From assembly GCF_006345805.1 (NCBI RefSeq), contig NC_042997.1, positions 6,572,001 to 6,636,000 on the forward strand: a stretch of DNA of 64,000 nucleotides, in the 5' to 3' direction. The translations under genes and the position numbers were made by a program. Below, piece by piece: positions 29,760-43,200 of this stretch. The stretch's first letter is position 1, and every line of letters begins with the position of its first letter. A model generated the notes under the pieces. The model made no database searches. It saw only the letters and a list, made by a program, of their open reading frames with translations, and was not told where the DNA came from. Source of the DNA: Octopus sinensis. Taxonomy: Eukaryota.

Positions 29760-29963
29760 ATTACATTAATGATGATGAAAATGATGACTTATGGATTACT
29801 ATTATCATCATTATTATTGTAATTATTATTATTATTATTATAATTATAATTATTGTTACTATTATAATTATTAATATTATTCTCATTATTATTTTTACTA
29901 TTATCATTATTATTATTATTACTATTATTATTATTATCATCATCGTCGTCGTCTTCCTTGTTA

Positions 29964-29999
<36 letters not shown>

Positions 30000-30035
30000 G
30001 TTGTAGTAGCAGTAGTAGTAGTAGTAGTAGTAGTT

Positions 30036-30095
<60 letters not shown>
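29760..30095. repeat. Degenerate (ATT)n to (AGT)n compound microsatellite
   Basis: Directly visible. Confidence 0.9.
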
Positions 30096-30096
<1 letters not shown>

Positions 30097-30893
30097 TTTG
30101 CGTCACCTCCATATTGTCATCATCATTATTGTTACTATAATTCTTGTCTAGAGCTTCGTCTACGTTATTGAATTTGAACGGCGACGACGTTATTTGGAAA
30201 AATCATCACGATCTCCATGACATTCACACTTATTGTCCAAATCAAACTCCTCGATGATTGATGCCATAATAACAATGGAATGGATATGAAATTTGACAAT
30301 AATTATAGTATTATATATGAAGATAAAAATAAGAAGTATAGTATTAATAATCAATATTAATAATTAACAACATCAATAACAATGATAATAAAACAAGAAT
30401 TCTACCTGGAAGACGCTGTTCTTCAGATTCCGGAATAATATTTACATATTTCATTCATAATGAGTGTTATTTTTCTGATGTGTTACGTCTCATTTTCTTG
30501 CATATCATTCACTCCTCACTCGCTGACTAAATTCATTTAGAATAATACCAAATTCTTCAAAGACGTTAGAAGTTATGAAGAAATCGGGTATCATGTTTAC
30601 GTAAATTAGCCACGCAAAAGTCCCCAAATTATTTAATGTTCACATACATATTGACATACTTGTAACTTTGTTGGACGGTGAGCTTGACTGCATACCTAAT
30701 TTGTAACTAAATGAATCATACTGAAATACTGTACGTAGTTTCGAAAACACGGTATCATAACTTAGTTCCTATCCATAACATTTCTATCTCACTCCAGTCT
30801 GTATTCTTCGTTGTCTCTGTGTGTACAAGTGTATATATGTGTGTGTATCTGTCTGTAAGTATATATATATATATAATATAATACAACTAATAT

Positions 30894-30927
<34 letters not shown>

Positions 30928-30978
30928 ATATAATATAACTAATAATATATATATATACATATAATATAATATATATAT

Positions 30979-31018
<40 letters not shown>

Positions 31019-31416
31019 AAATTTAAAGGACTGAACACGAAAAGTGGACAGTCAACATGTTAGATATAGACGTCAAATCGCTATTTTGAACAAAGAGTAT
31101 GTTCTCAAATAAAAACTAAGCAAAAAACCATAGTATCAAACAAGACAAATGGAAATATACCAAATAACAATAATTACCCATGTACTGAATCAGTTTCGAT
31201 TATTACCATCCGCAAGGATAAACTGTAATCTCGTCAGCATGGTTTGTTATATAAAATACAATTTGCTGGACTAGATGCAAAAACGATTCACCGGAGTCTC
31301 GCATGCATGGAGGTCAACCGATTATATTTGAATGTATCTTTCAAATGCTTTCACTTTGGCGCGCTGAGTCCGGAAAAACCACCCTGCAGCTAATAAGTAG
31401 CAGCAGTAAATAACTA

Positions 31417-31502
<86 letters not shown>

Positions 31503-31548
31503 TATATACATACATATGTGTACATACATACATATAAATATATATATA

Positions 31549-31583
<35 letters not shown>

Positions 31584-31624
31584 GGAGTTCTACTTCGGTC
31601 ATGGATAACCATATGATCGCACCT

Positions 31625-31915
31625 AGAATGTTACCCTCCGAGGCACAAGTCCGAGCAAGGTTGTTTATGGATGGCCATCAGTAGCCCATGCATACCAGCC
31701 TCCCCTCTCCACAACACTGATGTTATCCAAGGGAAAAGCAAAGGCCGATACAGCTTGGCACTAGTGATCTCGCAACTCATTTCTACAGCTGAGTGAACTG
31801 GAGCAACGTGAAATAAATTATCTTGCTCAAGAACACAACACGTAGCCCGGTCCGGGAATCGAAGTAACAATCTCACGATCGTAAGCTCGACTCTCTATTC
31901 ACTGAACCATGTGCC
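31625..31915 (-). mobile_element. tRNA-derived SINE (third head type)
   Basis: Minus strand reads ttcgattcccggaccgggctacgtgttgtgttcttgagcaagataatttatttcacgttgctccagttcactcagctg; related sequence at 48470-48575. Confidence 0.8.
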
Positions 31916-31926
31916 CTGACTTATAT

Positions 31927-32081
31927 ATAATGCTTGGCCACATAGTGATAATGAATGCCCAGTGGAGGGCCGATGTAACATCGAGGATCCAGTGTACCAA
32001 AGGAAAGGTAGCCTCAAAGAGATGCAGCAAAATTATATATATATATGTACCAAAGCAAAGGTAGCCTCAAAGAGACGCAGC

Positions 32082-32121
<40 letters not shown>

Positions 32122-32271
32122 GCTGCGTCTCTTTGAGGCTACCTTTGCATTGGTACACTGGATCCTCGTGCTGCGTCTCTTTGAGGCTACCTTTGCTTTG
32201 GTACACTGGGTCCTCGATGTTACATCGGCCCTCCACTGGGCATTCATTATCACTATGTGGCCAAGCATTAT
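31927..32271. repeat. 345-bp foldback centred on (TA)n, arms derived from Penelope GIY-YIG coding sequence
   Basis: ataatgcttggccacatagtg... versus ...cactatgtggccaagcattat; arms encode NECPVEGRCNIEDPVYQ. Confidence 0.9.
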
Positions 32272-33080
32272 CCTGAAGGAAGTAAACGGATTTCAATCTT
32301 ATCTTAAATTAATGATATATTCGACGCAGCGTCTCACGCTTACAATGAGGCGCTAGCGACCATCGGGTTCACTTACCATATAGTATGTACACTGGGATCG
32401 AGTAACCATAAAAAGAATCGCCACTGCAAGACCTTATGTTTCGCTCCCTTCTTTCTCCCTAAACGTCCGGGCATGCGTAGGTAAAATTTTTCTTAGGTTA
32501 TTTGATAAACATTTCACGTATTCACACAGATATAGAAAGATCTTTAACCTATATAATTTAAGAATCTCTTTTAGTTGTGCACCCAATTTTAAAAAAAGTA
32601 CTTAACGCTCCAAAACCATGGAGAGAGGCTAGTTGTTAATGCAGGTTTAGAAATGAATGCCCAGTGGACGGTCTATATAATACCGAGGATAAAGTGTACC
32701 AAACAAAAGCAGCTTCAAACAGAAGCAGCACAAATATTAGTAGCACCAATGCCGACACAAGCGTACACACTAAAATTTGTGAATCTAAATTTAAAATTTG
32801 CCCGGAGAACCACAGATCTTTCAGTCCTCAAAACTCTGGTGGACCCTATCGCAATGGGACAAGAGTATGTAAATTATGTATGGCAGAAAAATATATAATC
32901 CTTATGAACTCACTTGTGTCAGGAGGCTACCTGAACTCTGGGACGGAAGCCATGGGGATTTGTCCGTATTTTTGGAAATTTTTACTTCAAAATTGGAAAA
33001 CTTAGCTATCAAGCGAAGGAAGGCAACACGCCCGGCCATAATTTTTTTAAGAGGAATATTTGAAATATCACCGGCGTTAT
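32272..33080 (+). mobile_element. Decayed Penelope-like element, 3' half (post-RT linker plus GIY-YIG)
   Basis: IFDAASHAYNEALA; FAPFFSLNVRACVGKIFLRLFDKHF..HRYRKIFN..ISFSCAPN; CPVDG; PYRNGTRVCKLCMAEKYIIL; LNS.TEAMGICP. Confidence 0.88.
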
Positions 33081-33789
33081 TATGTTTTTAAAAAATAAAC
33101 ATTATTTGCAGGGAACGGTTATCGTTTAGAAAACGGAATTCAATAGATATACCGAAATGTGAAATAATTTTCCCCTTCCTTTTCCAAAAGTAAAAGGATA
33201 GATGTGGTGACCGTTGGATTAAATTTTATAATACGAAAAAATAACTTTACTGATATGCTTGCTGGAAATAGCTTCACAAATTCTACAACCTTCATTTTTG
33301 TTTTCCGAATTACAATCGAAGACTCCAGAAAAAAATCACTATTATGCAACATGATAAAATAATAATACCCTCTCCTTCTGCATATGCTAAGACTTTCCAC
33401 CCAGTACTTGCTGTAGCATGTTTTCTTAATCTTGGAAATGAAATATCAGTTATACGTAGTTATCCATTTATAGCTATTTTTAAAAAATTGAATTTCCACA
33501 TACGTATCTAAATTCTACTTCAACGAAGAAAGGATGAAGTTGTTGAATGCATCATTTAATTAGTGGGCTTATATTCAATTACGGATTCACTATTTTTCTT
33601 TGTTTACTTTCTAATGCATCTTCTTGTTAAAACGATGTGTTAGATTGTGCATATATTTTAGGATTTTGCATGGCACAGACTTGTCAATGAAAATACATTG
33701 TTTATATATCAATGAGAAAAGTAATGATTTATACTATAACAAAGAAAGTTGTTTATTATTCAGTTAATATACATTTATTTTTTTTCTTG

Positions 33790-34200
33790 TATTTGTTTTA
33801 GTCATTTGACCACGGCCATGATGGGGCGCTTTCTTTAGTAAAGCAAATCGACCTCAGGACTATTCTTTGTGAGCCTAGGAATTATTCTATTGGTTCTTTT
33901 GCCGAACCGCTGAGTTAGGTGTACGTAAACACACCAGCATCGTTTGTGAAGCGATGGTGGGGGATAAAGACATAGATGCAAACACACACACACGCATACA
34001 TACACATGCACACATGCGCGTGCACAACCACACAAACTCACGCATTCGACCGCTTTTTTCAAATTCCGTTTACCAAATCCACACACTAGGCTTTGGTTGG
34101 TCCGTGGCTATAGTAGAAGACACTTGCTCAAGGTGCCACGCAGTGGGACTAAACTCGGAAGCATGCGGATGGTAAGCAAGCTACTTACCCCCTAGCCATT
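33790..34200 (-). mobile_element. Full-length tRNA-derived SINE (family of 62253-62650)
   Basis: Reverse complement of head, internal (TG)n and tail (gccgaaccgctgagtt, agcaaatcgacc, cggccatgatggggcgc). Confidence 0.85.
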
Positions 34201-34781
34201 CCTGCGTCAAAGACCGTAATATTTTAAGTCTACAAAGTCTTGAAATTCTTTATAATTTTCCATTTTAATATATTTCGATCAACATTTTGCATTCAAGTTT
34301 CTTATGTTATTGAAAATGTTAACGACGCTTTTGAAGCACAACACTTTTAATTCATTATAACATAGTTATCTTACTATACATAAAGTAGGTGAAAATACAT
34401 GTAATTATATATGCAATCGTTACGCTAAATATGTCAATTTAAATTAGCAGTATACCTTATTATCTGCACTCCAGACGTGCTTCTCCCGATTTGAAAACTG
34501 CAGTAGGAAATTATATTAGATTATTTCATACAAGTGTTCAGATATATATTTAATATTAATTATACCAATGTCAATAACATGTATAATGATTTAACGTATC
34601 AATGCTAAAATTGTCAGAGTATCAGATATAAACATATTAAAATATTTTATACCTTTCCTTGACAGTGAACTGGGTGCTGCATATTTCCCATTTAGGAAAT
34701 TTCATTACTAATCATATTAAACTTTTAACCTAGTTTCGATAACTGGGGTTATAATTCGTATTTCTTGTGCATTACTTTTCC

Positions 34782-34842
<61 letters not shown>

Positions 34843-34843
<1 letters not shown>

Positions 34844-35006
34844 GGTGCAGGTGTGACTGTGTGGTAAGATGCTTGCTTACCTACAACACTGCCCCGAGTT
34901 CAGTCCTACTGCGTGGCAACATTGGCGAATGATTTTCTACTATAGCCTCGCGCCAATCAAAGCTTAGTGAGTGTATATAGTAGACGGAAACTGAAAGAAT
35001 CCTGTC

Positions 35007-35010
<4 letters not shown>
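34843..35010 (+). mobile_element. SINE 5' half (family of 10099-10266)
   Basis: ggtgcaggtgtgactgtgtggtaag...agtcctactgcgtggc...ggaaactgaaagaatcctgtcg(ta)n. Confidence 0.8.
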
Positions 35011-35066
<56 letters not shown>

Positions 35067-35414
35067 GATATAGGTATATATAGATATATATATATAAAAT
35101 ATGCGATATACTACCAGCCATACCAGCAATCCAACTAACTCCATCATCACCTGCCTCACGGATATCATTAAGATTTCGACACCTGGGCAGTACCATTCAC
35201 TACGGCGGCGTCAACAGCACTAAAATAAATGTTGTTTGGGAAAAAAAACAAAGCAGAGAAACAACAACTTTGAAGCACATTTAAACTACGTACAACCGTA
35301 TAGAGAAATAAATGGAATGAGCTAATTACCACCACTTCTAAATACGTAAGTAAACGGTGGCAAGTATATTGTTATACAAATAATTATATCCATACTGTCT
35401 TCCTGCCGAGTATA

Positions 35415-35614
35415 ATCCATTCGATGTTAGGGATTGCATCTGGAGGTCGCAAATTCTCCAGAGGAAATGAGATGAAGCGTTGAATTCTCTCTGTTCTTCC
35501 ATGTAATCGAGTACATGTGCTGTGTGTATATTCTCTTGAAGTCACTAGCCGTCAAGTCACGTAGGAACGTCTTACTAATTAAAAAAAAATGTATATATAT
35601 ATATATACATGCAT

Positions 35615-35649
<35 letters not shown>

Positions 35650-35865
35650 CATGCATATATCTATACACACACAAACACATATTAATTACTAACACTTTCT
35701 TATTTTAAAACAAGACACTACATTGCTTGACTTCAAGAGTAGATACACGCAGTACATGCACTCGATTACATGCAGGGGCAGAGATAATTCAACGCTTTAT
35801 CTCACTTTCTCCTGAGAATTTGCGACTTCCAGAACGAAATCCCTAACGTCGAATGGAGTATCGTT
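35415..35865. repeat. Diverged inverted repeat (arms ~35415-35575 and ~35710-35865) around a microsatellite spacer; MITE/foldback-like
   Basis: ttcgatgttagggatt..tcgcaaattctc..aagcgttgaatt..catgtaatcgagt..ctcttgaagtca versus its reverse complement on the right. Confidence 0.75.
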
Positions 35866-37270
35866 GACATTGCTTACTGTAACACATCTAGCGCCCGTAA
35901 ATGCTAGCTCTGCCTCTGCAAAGCTTTGCAAAACTTTGTAAATTCTCCAGTAACCGGCAGTATAAATCAACATTAAATACGAAGTATTCTATTGCTACCA
36001 ATGAAGTGTTTTACTGCTGTAAAAGAAGGAACTTAAAAACATTGGTCGACGACAACCCAGATATAACATCTGAAAATTGGCTGCAGTTAAACATTGGCTG
36101 CCCCACAACCAAGGACAGAATTTCTTACTATTGATGGTAACGCAACCACAGTTCGACCCATAAATTTATGTATCTTCTGTATCCCTACCTCATTGTTCGT
36201 ATCTAGTTGTTATGCTTACAGAGAGAGAAAAAAAAGCCTTAAATATTACGGTTCAAGTGAAAATAATAAATAACCCTGTATGCTGCAAAGTTTTTGATAA
36301 ATTCTCTACGTTAATTTTGTCCATACATTGTACATCTATATATAAAAGATAGTTTAACGTAATGTTGGATTACAGAATTAAAATTTATTTCAAATTAGAA
36401 CCGACAAAGTTACAATTTATTAGCTCCTATGATTTTGTTTCTTGTTGTACAACCTCTCGTCTGAAAGCATACTTTGGGTGCTGCTTATTAAGGAAATTTC
36501 ATTACTAATCTTTTTATTTAATGTTATTCCTTGTGCTAACTTTTTGTCATATATGCGTTGTTCTTTATCGGTGTTTTTATTTATCTCATGATCATTGGAG
36601 ATGCTGATTTTCCGTACGTATTTTTTTGAAAACTTAATTTCTTTCAACATCTATTCACGTTGCAATGCTGCATGCGAAATCTTGTCAGAATTCATGTAAA
36701 ATACCATAATCGAATAAACACTTCAGAATTCCTCCTATGCACCCTCAATTTATAGAGCAAACTGTTTTTAGAAATAATGTTAGTTGGCTTTGTAAATATA
36801 TTGCCTTCACCTATGGTAAATGAAGCGGTCTAAATTATGTGACCTTATTCGCAAACTTCATTTTAAACGAACAGCTAGTGAAGATATAACGCTCTATCTA
36901 AAATTGTGCGAGATGAGCTATTCCAAAATAGTAAAGTGAATAATCATTGGTAACCGATCGATAATGCTTGGAAAAGAAAAGAAAATAATTTAAACTCAAA
37001 CCCAATTAGAATAACTTATTCTCTAAAGCTTTGTTCGCGTTCTGTTTATTACAGCAGAAACAAAATTGGGAAAGAAATAAATAGAATAATGCACATAGTA
37101 ATAAACAAAGCGAGAATTAGAATTTTATTGTCTCCCTTAGTTCATTGCATATGTTTGTTATAAAAGAATAGCACGTTCTAAATAATAATCTAACTATAAG
37201 CATACAGTTACATAAACCCAACAATACGGAACTAATTAACAATGTATGTGTGTGTGTGTGTGTGTATCTG

Positions 37271-37328
<58 letters not shown>

Positions 37329-37849
37329 ATATACTGAGAGAGCAAGAGAGAGAGAAATAGAGAGAGGGGGAGAGAGATGAGGAGATATATACATACATTC
37401 ATACGTATCTGTTAGTGTGAGCGACCATCTATGTGCATCTATGTGTGTATGTATTTATGGCTTTTGTCTAAACCTTGACGAACACGTAGGAAATAATATT
37501 AGGAAATGATATTTGTAATGTAATTTATTTCTCCCAAATCATTTTATTGTTCGTATTGTAATGAATTTTTTTTTATATAGAAAAATAGTCCGATCGTATG
37601 AAAGATAATTACTCATCATACACAGCTTACAGACAGAGCAGATATTTAAGAACAATATGTTATGAAATGTACTACGTGGCGAACATTCGCGTGTTCTTTA
37701 ACACTTTCAATCATTAACATTTTAGTACAAGTAGCAACGCTCTAAATTTAAAAAAAACAGAAATACCAATACTATAACTACTACTACAACTGCTACTGCA
37801 AGCTATAATAATGATAATAATAATAATTATTATTATCATTATACTTTCT

Positions 37850-38048
37850 ACTGTAGGCACAAGGCCTCAAATTCTGGGTGAGGGGACTACTCCATTGCAT
37901 TGACCCCCCAAATTTATTCACTGGTAATTAGTCTATCGATATCGAAAGGTTGGAACGCAAAGTCGACCTCGGCGGAATTTGAACTCAGAACGAATCAGCA
38001 GACAAGATACTACTAAGTACTTCGCCCATCGTGCCAATGATGGTGAAA
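37850..38048 (-). mobile_element. SINE (family of 3649-4064), followed by (AAG)n-rich sequence
   Basis: gtcgacctcggcggaatttgaactcagaacg...ttcgcccatcgtgccaat; tail aggcacaaggcc. Confidence 0.75.
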
Positions 38049-39865
38049 ATAATAACCGCAGTAGTACCAGCAGCACAGCAACACTAGTAGTAGTAGTAAG
38101 AAGAAGAAGAAGAAAAAGAAAAGGAGAAAGAAGAAGAAGAAGAAGAAGAAGAAGAACAAGAGGAAGAACAAGAGGAAGAAGAAGAGGAAGAAAAAGAAGA
38201 ATTACTACAAGACGATGGAGAAAGGAAATAATCCGAAACCAATTTACAGAATTAGGCACGAAGCAGAGAATCAAATCAGAAAAAGCAACCTGAAATGCTC
38301 CGTACAATGAACAGTCATGCGAAATTAAACACGGGCTTTAGGTGCTGGCGTGGTTCTGTAGTAAGAAACTTGCTGTCCAACCATATGTTTCCAGGTTCCT
38401 GCTGCCTGACGCCTTGGGTAAGCGTCTTTTTTTATCTAGAATATTTGCATAAGCAGCAACAATCAAATGCTGCCACGAGATAAAGAATACCAGAATCATT
38501 AAGGAGCATTGAAACCTATCTCACCTTTAGACAAAGAAAATAGATACAATTTGAACAGATATAAGGCATACGTACATTTGCACATATATATAATGCTGTC
38601 CTTATAATAACCGAATTGTTTCTTTGCACTCTTCGTCTGACGACAAGGAAGAATCGATTGGAGCATGGCCAAAAATCTTGGTGGTGGCAAAGCATACAAT
38701 GATGAATGCAATCAATAGTTGCATAAAATTGATGTCAGGAATATTTAACGACTCATCGAAGAACAGTGCAACCGCAAAATTAAAAGTAACATTGAGACAC
38801 TGAAAACTGGAACAACGAAGTAACAGCAATAGCAAGAAACTCTGCAACTACAAAAACAAAACAAAAAACATACCGGCAATATATCAAAAGAAACCAGAAC
38901 AATGAAAGGAATATCAAAAGCGACTAATTCTACAGCAACATAAATAGTAACAACTAAACCCGCAGTCACAACCTTCACAGAGATAACAAAAACAACGTCA
39001 ATAAATTAAGCAAACACATCTGTAGAAAAGAAAAAAAGATTCACACTAAACAACAAAAACTGTCTACAGCTGCAACAAAATCAGTGAGATTTATATTCAA
39101 TATAGCACTGCAGTACAGAAGTAAAAAATCAACGGTATATTGAGACGATTTTTGTAATAAAAATGGATTGTCAGAAGGTGGTGGAAAAATGTTGGTAGTG
39201 TATTTCAACGACCCTTACTCTGATATGAAGACCCTATTAACCATAAGCGAGATTTATCTTTCGTTTAGATCACCAAATAATTTATACCTAATATGGATAT
39301 CTGTTTGAATTTGGCCATAAAAAGATTTTGCAGTACCTAGACATACACCACGATTATACACTAAGTGCCGTCAACTTTTTATTTGATGGTATGCAATTTT
39401 ATTTGACATAAAATTTCCATTCAGATAGATGATCAAGCCGCGGTGGTTGTATTCAAATCGAGTTGTTTAATTAACATTTGCAAGTACCTTTGTTGTGAAA
39501 AAGAATCTGCAATCACAAAGCCAATTAACGTAAGAATCGAAACAACTGGAAGACGCCAGAGGGCCTTTATGGAAATACTATATTCAACCGTAATAAAAAA
39601 AAAAAGCAATATTCTAAATATTTTTATTTTTCTAGCGTTTATGACGTATTAACCCTGTTTTGCAATTATTTTTTTTGTAATTATTGATAAGTCTGTTAAT
39701 ATGCTTTGTCAACTTCATTCTTGCAACTTATTTTGATTAACATTATGTGTATTAATGACCATTCATTTTGCTAATTTGGCAGCAGAGCATCTGAAATGTT
39801 TAAATGCTACCTCGCATGGAAAATGTTTCATGTAGGACGATATCGGTTAAGAGCAGCGTGCTGAG

Positions 39866-39927
39866 AGTAACTTCTTCACTCAAGTTGCATGTAGTATACT
39901 ACATGCAACTTGAGGGAAGAAGTTACT
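39866..39927. other. 62-bp loopless palindrome with a single mismatch
   Basis: agtaacttcttc-a-ctcaagttgcatgtagta|tactacatgcaacttgag-g-gaagaagttact. Confidence 0.95.
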
Positions 39928-40892
39928 GTCCACGTCTTCAGCCTCCTCTTCGCCGTTCAGCCAGTATTTATTATCGGAATGACGACGTTCTCGAAATACA
40001 AAATGTACTTCAGCACATTAGTTGTCATCAAGAACTTTGCAAATTTGATACAAAAATCGGAACAGCATAAATTTTCTGTTGGCTTAAATCTTCCTCTATA
40101 TCATATATCAAGTATATTAGAGTTTTACGAACCAATATTGTGTTTAACTCTGTGTAGGCAGTCCGATCTTCTCCCTCTTAAGTTTATCTCTATAGTTTTT
40201 CAATAGAAATTCTATAGAGATCAACCATTCACGTCCCTCCTTTGCTTCGTTATTTATGCATCATTTCATTCCTTCAGTTTTGTTTCTTTTGATTTTCTCG
40301 TTTACCGTCCTTTACTCTTACTCTATCAGATATCTCTTCCTGCATTCAGAAGAAGCACTGACTTTACCTGCCGTACCCTTTTTTTGAATGATGCATTCTC
40401 TAAACGTGTATATTACTAGATTTAACCGTCATTTTTAACATTTTACTCAAGGCCAAATACCATCCATCCATATATATTGTGCACTATCGAGTTATGGTTT
40501 TCTTTCCGTTCGCATTATCAAAGTACCCTAGTAAATTATATCAAAATATTCAATTGATCATCACCATAACCTTTATTATTTTATTAATATTGTTATTAGT
40601 AATACTTGCATTACGGTAAACATTTTATTGTATTGAAGTTATTATCATTAACACAGTTTCTATTTTCTCATATATTAGTCTTACATATACTGTTGTTATT
40701 ACCATAACATTATTAATCTAATTGTTATTTCTACTGTCATTGTAGCAAAATTTGTTCTATTCCTCCACATTACTCACGTTACAAATATATGCATGCGTAC
40801 ACACATAAAAGAGACGTTAACATATGCTTAAACTACAGATGTAGGTATGTATTTATGTGTGTGTGATTTTGTGCGTTGTATGTGTGTAAGTA

Positions 40893-41019
<127 letters not shown>

Positions 41020-42994
41020 TAATCCGACATCTTTAATACACAGTATTCTCAGAAGACAATAAACAACAATTACCCAAACTCTGCAATCAAAAGTTGGCTG
41101 TTATTATTGCTGATTAATATGATTATATGACGGAAACCTCTCAGAGCTTGACTCAACTTATATGTGTGACGTGATGTTATGTCCGTGTGTATTGGCATCA
41201 TATTGTAACATATAACATTTATAGTTCTAGGCAACATTCATGAAAACTACGACTCAACAATGGCACCGAATGCATTATTATAAAGACAGTATTGGGTTGT
41301 CGATCGTATATTTGTAGATTCAATTCCTGGTGCGGCGGAGCGTTTTCTCTTCGACGCACTATATTTAGCTTTCTTGCAGTTTTTCAGTTAAGGAACGTGC
41401 ACTATCTGAGAATATGCGTAAATGATTTTGTCTCTAGCTTTTACATAAATCTATTTGTTTGTTAGTCCCGTTTCGGCATGTCAAGAGCATATTTATTTTT
41501 TTTTACTCATAGGCTACATAGGTAACTACAATAATTTGCAAAAGTAAGGTACATGCTATAGAACCATGTGTGCCTGCAGACCAAAGCTTTCATATTGTTT
41601 TTTTTTTAATATTTTTTAAAGAATTAAGTTGAATTCTGTGTTTCGACGTATTGTCATTTATATATATTTATACAGTTTAATACAAAATTCACCGGCAGAT
41701 TCGTTGCTTCATCAACAGAATATGCATTTTTTGTTTAGGATATTTAATTTTAACTGAAAGCTCAAAATTCATGGTAATTGGATTACGTAACGAATCTAAT
41801 AAAAATATCATGCGTGGCTGGCAGTTAAGAATGTCAAACGTGAACCAAAGTAAATAAATATGTGTAATAGTGAATATGTCCCCATCACACCCCCAGGATA
41901 CAGCTTCCCTTTTCTATTGACATGTATGAAAATTTGACAGTATTAAGTGCTAATTATCTGATAGAAAAGCATTGCATTTATGTAAAAATTATTCCATTGC
42001 TAGAATCGAGAAATCATCAACTAATCTGCGTGCAAGGAATAGGTTTCTCGAATGTTGGTGAAAGATCGATGGCTGCTTGCTAAAAGAATATTCTGCTCTA
42101 ATAGACTATTGAAATTCATTAACTTTGTACCAGAAGCAGACATTCGAACTAACGAATAAATCTATGTTAATTTAGACTTCACATAATCAAAAATATCAAA
42201 GAATTAATAAATGAACTTATTGAACGATCTCATGCTGAACATAGAACGGATTCAGAATTCTGAAGAGGGTTATATGGAAAATGATGTATGCCAAAGAATA
42301 GATCTTGATCTTGTAACAAAATGTGAATGGCATTATTTTATTGAAAAACTACTATCACATTTACAAAACTGCCTTGCTACATTTGCTGATAAACCATTGG
42401 CAAATGATTGAGTTTTACATCAGGCGTATCGGTGGACACAAAAATTATGCATATTTGTTTGATTTGTTGGGGCTGAGGATTTAAGGACAACCTATTATTT
42501 AATAACATGTAATATTGTCAATTCACATCAGAGCAGTGTAAGCAGACAATCAGCACTTCGTCTGTCCATCTATCAGAAGAAGAATATCTTTAGAATTAGC
42601 AGAGTGGATAAAGCTTCATATATCTGTAAAAAATGTTACCATACCATTGAAAATATAAACAAATCTATCGAAGTGCAGTTATGTCCCCAATACATCTGCT
42701 GTTTCTGCATGGTGAAATATAAACACAAATACTGTGCTATGTTCTGAAAATAATCATCAAAGCCATGCAGCTCATGAATAAACAGAAAGTGATATATAAC
42801 ACAATGATAAGAATAATGACTTTTATCAGGTAGTCAGCATGCAATAAAAATGTATATGCAATTTATACATTCAATTAATAATAATATATAAAAATTTATA
42901 TAATTTTATTAAGATTGAGGTCGCGTTTTCTCTTGCTCCCTTAATATAACTGTATACATTTGTATATTATTAATTTAATATATGTATATTCTTT

Positions 42995-43200
42995 CATTCT
43001 TTTATTTTTTCAAGCATTTGACTGCGGCCATGCTGGAGCACCGCCTTTAGTTGAACGAATCGACGCTAAGATTCATTCTTTCAAAAATGGTAATTTTTCT
43101 ATCGGTCACTTTTGCCGACCTCTAAGTTACGGGGACGTAAATACACCATCTGTTGTCAAGCGATGGTGGGGAAACAAACACAGACACACACATACACACG
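42995..43200 (-). mobile_element. SINE 3' half (family of 62253-62650)
   Basis: tttgactgcggccatgctggagcaccgcc...aagttacggggacgtaaatacacc. Confidence 0.85.

Noticed and set aside
33025-33080. ccgg...aagaggaatatttgaaatatcaccgg after the Penelope GIY-YIG, possible hammerhead relic
   Set aside because: No CUGANGA core remains; too degenerate to call.
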